A stretch of DNA of 64,000 nt from contig JAVZBY010000002.1 in assembly GCA_038874655.1 (NCBI GenBank), positions 86,040 through 150,039 on the forward strand. Direction: 5' to 3'. Source of the stretch: Candidatus Woesearchaeota archaeon. GTDB taxonomy: Archaea; Nanobdellota; Nanobdellia; Woesearchaeales; GW2011-AR15. Position 1 is the stretch's first letter. Each line of letters starts with the position of its first letter. Positions 42,401-52,700 of this stretch are shown one piece after another. A model generated the notes under the pieces. It had not been told where the DNA came from. It saw nothing but the letters and a program-made list of their open reading frames with translations, and did not search any database. The position numbers and the translations under genes are program-made.

Positions 42401-42641
42401 AATTTCAAATATAGAACCAAAAAATTATTTTTATGCAAAAAATGGTGAAATAATTAGGGGTTTATCAGAATTAAAAATTGCATTAGAAAAAATGGATGAT
42501 TTTACATTTTACTATCATGCAAATGAAACAAAAAATGATTTTGCAGAATGGCTTTTTGCATTATATAAAAATAAAGATATATATCAATTAGTAAAAAGTG
42601 TACAAACAAAAGAGGAGTTAATCAAACTACTTGAAAAATAA
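39456..42641 (+). CDS. Single-pass surface protein: Ig-like and FN3 domains, coiled coil, TM helix, cytoplasmic DUF5752-like domain
   Basis: LRW...IYRS...YYYRISAVD.AGN FN3 motif, TM near residue 845, C-terminal FYAKNG...YHAN..KNDFAEW. Confidence 0.8.
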   Translation: MINSQFSKIKNSKLKFYVILLIYLTLLVKSNLALGSIITGQITPNTINLCGSNSQYVTITAYNLFNVENTTLTNVNANLYINGNPGLTFITNQNVNLGNINPLSYSALNPSWTIQCNTPNSGIYTAYINYSSSNGYKASSINEQTITLIIHDSITFTGNISLESNTQTIDEDYPIINDNTPTIKVFTTKNSICKGTLNNDKDYENMDFLFYGLEKDHNYTFVNQLNEGKHILYVKCKDDINNLMQLTMQFEIDSKEPIITIISPESKVLGTYAEIILNLNEIAECRYSKSNTDFNEMKTFDNKNTTTFKVKLDDLEEKTYTYFIKCKDKIGNIASKQIDFEVAIPPQASIQLEKTTLTKGTYEIKLIPTKKLKSAYLYYSFTDDPQSKREIGLVKEGNYYKGYLIIDEQEKTRQGIFSFKGIDLQDNEGTEITDGSFFIVDTIKPNAPDSLQGKNTDQGILLRWYYEGEKPEKFIIYRSTTQGITPIFYYDSIKPNNLENYYEYLDKNTQSGQLYYYRISAVDIAGNIGIMSNEISVYSTNEIKTEIQETINLPTQETRNLKKSTEKNIDSLLIDLEWAINNLNEQSTKEKSISDLNLIKKVIDSKEAIQREKNYYTNIDINEISDEELRNKLSQTEALIARTKKLTPKSLILDKSTTQLQSITNNDIELIVRELLKDQNYTESQIKKYIKEIQKINQDLKVESEIKTLTLKYLDDSFEKQIIIRKIFSYEKPEPLNDIIMIEMIPKTVAGDISSIDIKTPDYSIVKSDPIISWKFQQLSYDKQNYYYVLLANDNSESAKTTKTIAIIDPLKIINKENNLLTGFSVFIVNISNNKEYLGLIVGSLIIMVLLTYYLYTINVLNLNIFNRGIIKLKSLFMKNQILTNGSNLSNKNKSIQNGSQNTNTQSLLSNSNEINQNNLSFTKLDSEIPLKNNSIINTNSKLGNNNSINYTTILEQEKKIFTNGEFKRLKQEINDLITKEEISNIEPKNYFYAKNGEIIRGLSELKIALEKMDDFTFYYHANETKNDFAEWLFALYKNKDIYQLVKSVQTKEELIKLLEK

Positions 42642-42684
42642 CTTAAATAAAAAAACTTAAATTATATAATTTAGAGGATTAAAA

Positions 42685-43593
42685 ATGAAAAAAAGGGAGG
42701 GGACATCATTATTTATTTATGTATTTTTCATACTCATATTTTTTATATGGATTGCTTTATTATTTGAGCCCATCATACAAAGTCAACCCTATAATCAAAC
42801 AGCGATAATTAATGTGACTGTTAATATAACAAACTCTGCACCTATAATTACATCAATTTCCTTAGAAACACCTATTACTTTAATAGGATATGATACAAAA
42901 ATGGTTTATTGTAATGCAACGGCATTTGATTTTGATAATAACACAGTAATAGCTAATGCAACATTTTATTATCAAGGATATTCACCAGACACCCCAGATG
43001 ATCAAAATTATCATTACACTAATGTAAGTTGTAGACAAACAGGTAGATATAATACAGAAACAAACTTTACATGTGGTTTTAATGTAAGTTTTTTTGCAAA
43101 TAATGGAACATGGTATTGCAATATAACAGTTATAGATGATTTTGGAGCATTTAGTTCTAATATTAGTAATCCTGGCTTAATTCAACCTTTAATAGCAATC
43201 TATGTTCCAGGAATATTGGATTTTGGAAACTTAAATCAAGGAGAAAATACATCAGACAAATTAGTTAATATAACAAATGCAGGAAATAGAAACATAAACA
43301 TTAGTGTAGAAGGTTGGGCGCAATATCCTGGAGATAATTTAGCAATGAATTGTACATTTGGAAACATTCCCATACAATACGAAAGATATAATATAAGCGC
43401 AAATTCAGATTTTATAAACATGTATCAACTAACCTCAACCACAACTATGATAAGAAACTTTTTTATTAGACAAAGAACAGATGAAAACTTAGATTCTGTA
43501 AATACAACATATTGGAAATTATATGCACCCATAGGAGCAGGAGGAGTTTGTACAGGTAAAATATTATTCACTGCAACCGATAGAGGCATTTAG
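42685..43593 (+). CDS. Secreted family-B protein 2
   Basis: SQPYN...VNITNSAP and GAGGVCTGKILFTATDRGI. Colinear with 25669. Confidence 0.85.
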   Translation: MKKREGTSLFIYVFFILIFFIWIALLFEPIIQSQPYNQTAIINVTVNITNSAPIITSISLETPITLIGYDTKMVYCNATAFDFDNNTVIANATFYYQGYSPDTPDDQNYHYTNVSCRQTGRYNTETNFTCGFNVSFFANNGTWYCNITVIDDFGAFSSNISNPGLIQPLIAIYVPGILDFGNLNQGENTSDKLVNITNAGNRNINISVEGWAQYPGDNLAMNCTFGNIPIQYERYNISANSDFINMYQLTSTTTMIRNFFIRQRTDENLDSVNTTYWKLYAPIGAGGVCTGKILFTATDRGI

Positions 43594-43762
43594 TAGATAG
43601 ATTAATTTAACATTTAGTAAATAGATTTATTTAAAATATTTTTTAATTTTTTCAATTATAATTTAAAGTTCTAATTATAATTTAAAAATCCTTTATCATT
43701 TTTAGTTATTATTCTCAATAACAAATTTTATAAACTCAATTTTATTCACATAAATTAGGGGT

Positions 43763-46700
43763 GTGCTTTATTTGAAAAAAAATAATTTACTCAATTTATT
43801 AGTTATATTTCTATTAATTTTACTATTTATAAGTGTATTTTTTATAAACTCGCAACCAAAAATTATTTCTTATGAATATATAGAAAAATCAGAAAACACA
43901 CCTTTAGATTATTTTGAAATAACCTTAAATTATGAAGATTTGTCAAATACAAAAGTAGATATTATCTCAACTGAAAAAACATATTCTTTTTTAAATCCTG
44001 AAAAAAAAATTAAATTTTTTCCTAAGGAATATGGAAAACATGAAATAAATTTTTATAAAGAAGATGTTTTATTGGATTCTAGTTATTTTATATATGCAAA
44101 TGAAAATTCTATTTATACAGATAAAACAAATTACTCAATTGGTGAGCAAGTAACAATTTCCATAATATCTACTAAAGAAACAAAAAATTTCATTTTAGAA
44201 TTAATAGACAATAATAATAAAAAATATAATCTTTTTTCACCAAGCTCTATTGTGAAATTCATTCCAAATTCAGCAGGCAATTATAAAATCAACTTAATAA
44301 AAGATAATAATAAAATAGCACAAACAGAATTCTATGTTGAATCAAAAGAGATTGAACCAATAAATTATGAAGGTCATTCTAATTATGAAATAGTTAAAAC
44401 ACAATTAAAAATAAAACCCTTATCAAATTTAACTGAAAATTTAGGAAAGTTAAACAATTCTTTAGAAATAACAGGTAAAAATAAAAAATTAGAATATGAA
44501 CTAGAAATAATAAATAGTTCTGATTTAATAAATGAAAATAATCTAATTCAAAATAATAAAAAAACTAAACTAAAATTAAAAAATTCTCATATAAAAGAAA
44601 TAGAATTTTCAACTAATTTTCAAGGTAATTTAAAAATAGATGAGCCAAATATTAAAAAAATAAAAATTGAAAATCAAAATTTTAATGTTCCTGAAATTCC
44701 TGTTTTGGCTTCTTATGCAATAGATCCAAGAGATTTAGAATTTGAAAATGCTACAATAAAAGCAAGTGCAAAAGGTAATCAATTATGGAAATGCAAGGAC
44801 TGGGATTTTAACAATTCTTTATGCTTAGGTAGATGGGAAAAAATTTTAGATCTGATTCCTGGAGAAGATTATACTTTTGTTTTAGATAAACAAGATCCTG
44901 GATTTATTGAAACAGGAATTGCTTCTATTAACACAAACAAGCCGATATATTTGCCAAATGAAACAGTAAAATTAGATATTGTGATTGTAAATAAATATGG
45001 TTATTTAGCAGATGCAGATATTAATATAAAAATAACTAATCCCTTAAATCAAAGTTTCGATTTTTCAGAAACACAAATAACAAAAATACAAAAAGGAATT
45101 TATGAATTAAATTTTTCTAATACAAATGAAATTGGGTTATATGAGATTGAAATAATTGCATTAGGAAATAATGTAAATTCAACTTTATTTTCTTATTTTT
45201 TTGTAAATAATTCTTATGATTTTGATATAATACGAAAGGCAAAACAAGTTATAGACCCTAAAAATGAATATTTTATTTCTGAAATTAATATAGATATAAA
45301 AAATTTGGAACTAATCTCAAAAAATTATAATTTTACAGAAGTTTTGCCAGAAAGTTTTGAAATAATTAAAACAGAGCCAAATGCAGAAATAATTATAGAA
45401 AATAATACAAAAAAATTAATTTGGAGAAATCTATATGAGAATTCTAAAATTTTATATATAGCACAACCACCTATAAAAAGCCCTGAATTATATCAAATTA
45501 ATTCTTATATTGAATATGAACAAGATTTAAAATATAATCTTTTTAAAGAATCCAGACCATGGTTTTTAGCAATTGATCCAAGAGCAGTTTCAGCAATTTT
45601 TGTTTATAAAGATACAGTTGATTCTGGCATTGTAAAATATAGAATCTGGAATTCATCAACTAATTCTTTAATGCCTGAACAAAATGGCCCTAATGTTGGC
45701 AGTCCACCTACATGGCAAACTATTAAATGTATGAAAGAAGCACCTTTATGTTTATTAGTTGCAGTGCAAGCAGATACTACAATTGACTTTGCTTATTATA
45801 ATGAATCCAATAATCAATGGTCTTCAGTAACAAATTTAGGAACAGTAGATGATGATTATAAAAGTGTGGATATTGCATGTGAAGATTTATCTGGCAATTG
45901 TTTAATTGCATATGAAACAAGCACAGCAGCAAATAACCAATTTGCATATAGAATATTTAATGCTACAAGCCAAACCTTAGGAGCACAAAATTTAGTTACA
46001 ATAACAGCTGCAACTGCAAATGCTTTTAGATACATTAATTTATATCCTAAATATAATTCAAACCAAATAGCAATTGTTTTACAAAACTTACAAACTGGAG
46101 GAGGTGAATATGAAGCAGCAATCTGGAATGGATCTGAATCAGGTGGCTTTATTGATTGGCAAGAATTATATGCAGACTCAGGTGATATTACTAAAAAAAC
46201 CTATTCCTGTTCATGGGAAGGAACTAGTAATGATTTAATTTGTTTTTATGTTAGAGACACTATTACAGGGTTATATGCATGGAATTATAATTCATTAACT
46301 AGAACTTGGACAGACTTAGGAGAAGTTTGGCCAAGAACAGACATAGGACAAGAACCTGCTAATATATTTTCTTGCGGAGAAACACCTGAAACAGGTGATT
46401 TAAATCATGATTCAGTTATGGTTATGTTTGTTGATAGAGGAGCAGATAGATTAGGTTCAATCTGGAATGGAACTAATTTTTTATTAACAATTAGACCGAC
46501 ACAAGATGGAAATACAGAAGTTTCAAGAGATGACACAATGGCTTGCTCTTGGACACATGATGGAAACACAAATGTAATGGCTTGGGTAGATGCAGATTCT
46601 TTGATTCCAGAATGGGGTACTTATTCTTATTTAACAAATTCATTTAGTTTTGCACAATGGGATGTTGGCTCTACTGTTGGAATGCCTACTTGGGCAGATG

Positions 46701-49700
46701 ATGTTGAATCATTAAGAATTTCATTAAATCCTGAAAATGATGAAATGCTATTAACAGGACATGCATTAACATTAGGAACAATTCCATCAAATGTTAATTG
46801 CACAAGATGGACAGGTAGCACTTTTGATATAACTGGCTGTGAAAATGTAGAAACAACAGGCAATTTAGATATAACAAGTGGAAGAGAATTCACAACTTAT
46901 ATAGATGTAGATTGGTTTAGATATAATGCACCTCCTTTAGTATCAGCATTAATATATCCATTAAACAATTCAAATATAACAACATCAAATGTTAATTTTA
47001 CTTTTATTGTTAGTGATGATATTGCATTAAGAAATTGCTCTATTTACTTAAACAATTCAGGTTGGCAAAGTGCAGGTGTTTTGTTTTTAGTTAAGAATGG
47101 ACAACCCTCAAATTTAACCCTAAGTTTAGCAGATGACAAATATACATGGAATGTTTTATGTTATGATTCCTCAACACCAAGTAAAATTGATTGGTATGAC
47201 TACAATTACACATTTACATTAGATGCTTCTCCACCAAATATAACAAACTTAAATATAGAGCCAGAAAAACAATTAGTAAATTTATTTGTTAATATAAGTG
47301 TAAATGTTTCTGATTACCTAGGCATTAAATTTGTTATTGCAGAAATTACTTATCCAAATTTAACCATAAAAAATTTTACAATGACAGAAAACGGAAATAT
47401 TTTTAATTTAACATTTACAGAAACAACACAATTAGGTTTATATAACTTGACGATTCATTCAGAAGATTTGTTTGGAAATAAAAATTCTTCTATAAAATCA
47501 AACTTTAACATTAGTCTAGAAGACTTATATTTAGAAACAGATAAAAATACTTATATTGCAGATGAAACTGTTTATATTTTAGGAAAAGGTTTCTATCCAA
47601 ATAACAAAATTACTTTATACTTATATGACCCTACAGGAGACCCAATTTTAGGATTTCCTTATAATGTTTCCTCAAATTTAACAGGAGGTATTAATTCTAC
47701 ATGGATTATTCCAAACAATCCTGTTTTAGGTTATTATAAATTAAATGCAACAGATACTTTTGATAAAACAAGGTCAATCAATATTTCTTTTAGAATAGTT
47801 AGTGCAATTGCAGAAACAGACAAAACAAACTATGAGCAAGGAGATTTTGTTTTGATTACTGGTTATAACTGGGACCCTTATGCAAATATCACCATAAATA
47901 TAACTGATCCAAATAACCAACAAGTTTTTGGGCAGATTAATTTAACAGCAAATTCTACAGGCAATATAAATACAACATGGCAAATTCCTTATAATGCAAC
48001 ATTAGGTAATTATAATTTAAGGGCTTTCCAAACAAATGATTTAAGCAAAAAAAGTTCTTATATTTTTTCAGTATCAAAAAGAAATACTAATTTATCAACT
48101 GATTTTGATTGGTATTATTTAGGAGATACTATTTATGTTTTGGGCTATGGTTTTAGTCCAGAATCAAATATCACTGTTTATGTTTATGATAATACAGGAA
48201 GCCCTATTTCACATTTCCCAAAAAATTATACCTCAAATAATACAGGGGCAATTAATTTTAGTTTTGTTTTCCCCATAGAACTGTATGAAGATACATTTTA
48301 TATTAATGCAACTGATTTAAAATATCCTAATTTGTATACTAATACTAGCTTTATGATTGTCTCTCCGTATGTTCAAACAGATAAAGATTATTATTCAGAT
48401 GGTGAAACAGTTTATATTTATGGTTATTACTTTCCAAGAAACAAAAACATTACTATTAATATAACTGATGTTGATTCTAATTTAATTTCTGGCTATCCTA
48501 AAAATGTTTCATCAGATAATAATGGCTTTTTTACAGACACAACAACAGCTTATTCTGGAACATTAGCACAAACACCTTATGATGTTTTAGCATTTTATCC
48601 ACAAAATCCAAATTTACAAAGCCTTTATACATATTATGTATTAAGCATTACATCACTTTCAACAGATAAAAAATATTATACTTGGTGGGAAATTGTCAAT
48701 ATAACAGGAAAATCATATAGTGAAACAAGTTATGTTGATGTATTTATAAAAGATTTATACAATAGTGGCTCTGTTTTAAATTATCCCCAAAGAGAATTAA
48801 CTAACTCATTAGGAAGATTTAATCATTATTTTAATGTTAGTAATTATTGCCCAACAGATTTAAACATTATAGGAACAGATGTTGCTTATCCAGATTTATT
48901 AAATGCATCAACAAATATAACAATAAGAGGATGGTGGAATTCATCTTGGCAGAAAAGAATTCCTATTTATATAACAAATTTATTAAACGAAAATAGAACA
49001 AATGAAAGAATATTTGTAAATATTACAGGCTTGGGTGGTTATATAAAAAACTGTATTAATGAATCAAGAATTATCTCAACAGAAACATGGCAAGAAATTC
49101 CTTTAAATGTAATAGGTGGAGATAATTCAACTTTCTGTGAAATTGTATTTTTAGCTAATATAACAGCAAACAAAATTAATGACACTAAATATTATTATTA
49201 TTACAATAATTCAAATGCAAAAAATCCAAATTATCCGATTTTAGAAGGTTATTATTATCAGATTTTATATGATGGGTTTGATGGTACAACAGATTTTAAA
49301 ATTTCTGCAGGTGATTGTTTAATTGATGGAACACATGAATGTATAGATTCTTATCCTTGGGATGGTTTTGATTTATGTAGAGAAAGTGATGCTGCAACAG
49401 CTTATGGTGTATGTGCATCACCTTATATGGGTGTAAAAGGAGGTAGAGGATTATGGGCTAGAGGTGGCTTAGATCAAAACACAGCAGGAGATGGCTTATT
49501 TTATTATTTGAATAGTACTCCCTGTAATAATGATTTTTGTCATAACATTTTTTTATCCTATTATGAAGCAGCTTTTTCTTTAGATTTAGCAACAGAGGGC
49601 TCAAGGGTTTATGTAAATGATTCAACAACAACACTAACAATTAGCTCTTGTCAAAATGCTCAACCTTGTGAATCAACTGTTTTAGCAACAACCTATTTGG

Positions 49701-52700
49701 TTGCCCAATATGTCAGAACAGATTTATGTAGAAATTATACAGGATTTAATTGTAATAATAATTTAACTTTAAGATTTACTTCTTATAATCCAGGAACAGA
49801 TCTTGCAAATAATGATTATATAGGTTGGGACGAAATTAACTTAACAGGATATAGAAGATATGCACCAAAAATAGAAACAACAATTGGGGAAAAGCAAAAT
49901 TATGTTGAATGTGAGCATATAGATATTACACCACCAAATATAACTATTAATTACCCTCAAATATTTTCAAATACATCAAAACTAGAACCCTTTTTTAATT
50001 TTACTATAATTGATGATTATTCAAAACTTTTGAATTATTCTATTTATGTAAATGGAATTTTTAATGGTCAAAAAGGACAAGCACTTAATAATTCCAATAT
50101 AACTTTGAATATTACAGGATTATCAGAAGGTAGGCATTACATTATAATTGAAGCAATAGATAAATTTTCAAATGCATATAATTCCACAAAATGGAATATT
50201 ACTATTGATATAACACCTCCAAACACAACAATAACAACTCCTGTAAATTTTACAAACATTTCCTCAAATTCTTTTTTAATTGAAGCAGATGCTATTGACA
50301 ATTTAGTTGGTGTTGATTCAGTTTTATTTTTTTACAGAAATAATTCACAGCAAGAGTGGCAATTTTTATGCTCTGATAACACAATTCCTTATAGATGCAC
50401 ATGGGATATAAGTTTGTTGCAAGATAATAACACTTATCAATTAAAAGCATATGCAAATGACACAGTTGGAAATAATGGTTTAAATTACACAGTAGGAAAC
50501 ATAACTATTGATAGAAATGGCCCAATAACTTTAATAACAGAGCCATGGAATTATACAAAACTTAATGGCTCAAGTTATTTAATTAAAGTTAATGTTACTG
50601 ATTTATTATCTAGAGTTGATTCTATTTTTATTTTATATAGAAAAAACAGCACAGAAAATTGGATTAATCTATGTGTAGATAAAACATATCCTTATGAATG
50701 TTTATTTAATTATGAAAATTTAGAAGAAGGTAATTTATATGAAATTAGGGCTTATTCAAATGATTCTGTTGGAAATTATGGATTAAATGATACAATTTAT
50801 AATTTATCAATTAATATGCAAGGGCCTAATATAACAAATTATAATGCATCTCCTTTAAATCAAAAATTAGGTTTACCTGTTCAAATTTTTGCAAACATTA
50901 CAGATAAAACAGCAGTTTCATATGCTTATGCTAATATTGTAATGCCTAATGGAACAAATATTAATTTATCAATGGCTGATGATGATTTAAATTCAATATA
51001 TAATACAACCTTTTATCAAACTTATTTAATTGGCACTTATAATGTTTCAATTTATTCTAATGATACTTTTAATAATATAAACAATACAGAGACATTTACT
51101 TTTAACATTACTTATGATTCTTTAAATTTATACACAAACAAAAATAAATATGTGGCTGGTGAATATGTTTTGATTTATGGTTCAGGGTTTAATGCTTTTT
51201 CAAATATAACAATTTACATTTATAATTCAACAAACGATACTTTGGCTGGATTTCCCTATGATGTTATTAGCAATTCAACAGGAGGTATTAATTTAATTTG
51301 GGTAATTCCAATAGATTTAGAATTAGAATATTATTATATAAATGCAACAGATAAACAAGATATTAACAGAAGCATTACAACATCATTTGAGATTGTTTCA
51401 GCAATCATTGAAACAGATAAATTAGATTATCAACAAGGTAATCCTGTTTTTATTTTTGGTAATTATTTTGATGAAAACGAAGTTGTTTATGTTAATATAA
51501 CTAATCCCTTAAATGAATTAGTTTTTGAAATAAATTTAACAGCAAATTCTACGGGAAATATAAACACAACATGGTATTCAGATTTCAATGAAACAATAGG
51601 CAATTATATTTTATCTGCACAACAAATAAGCAACCCCTTAAAAAAAGACACTTATGAATTTACAATCTCACAAAGAAGTGTTTATGTTTTTACAGATTAT
51701 CCTTTTTATAAAGAAAATGAAATTGTTAATGTTTTGGGATATGGGTTTAGTTTCAATCCTACTGAATATATTGGAACAAATGTTTCAATATATATTTATG
51801 ATCAAGATGGAATTTCAATTTTAGGTTATCCAATAAATTTAACAACTAATGCATCTGGAAATTTCAACTATTTTTTCATAATTAATAATTTAAATGAAGG
51901 GAACTATACAATAAATGTTACTGATTTGAATTATCCAAATTTAAATAATTTTACTAAATTTGAAGTTGCTTTATCAACTTTATACACTGACAAAACAAAT
52001 TATATAAACGGAGAAATTGTTAATATTTATGGTAGTTATTGGACTAAAAACACAAAAATAACAATTGATATCAAAAACGAATCTGGAATATCTATAACAG
52101 GATATCCAAAAAACATAACTAGCTCTAATTTAGGTAATATATCTGATTCATTAATCGCACAAGCAATTGGCTATGGCATAACAACCTATAAAATAATTGC
52201 ATTTAATCCCTTATTTAATAAAGAAAATGCTACTATTAATTTTACAGTCCAAAGAAAAGCAATTTTAGAAACAGAAAAATCTGTCTATGATTTAAATGAA
52301 TTAATCAATATTTCTGGATTTTTCTTTTCACAAAATAGCCCTGTTGAAATTCTCATAAGATACTTAAACAATAGTGGTTTTGCGTATTATTATCCAAAAA
52401 CAATCATATCAAATGTAAATGGAGATATAACACATCAATTTAATAATACTTATTTATGTACTGGTTCATATATAATTGAGGCAACAGATAAAACATTTAC
52501 AAGTTTATATGCTAATACAACATTTAATATTTCTTTTATAAATAAGAACTCAACAATAAAACCAAGTTATAATGCAACAGCTTCTGGTTTATATAGTGTT
52601 TTTGCTAATTATGGAAATTCATACCAAAGTGATAACACATATGAGTATTTTGGTGGAATTGATTTAAACACTAATTTTAATGCTTTCTTAAATTATAGTT

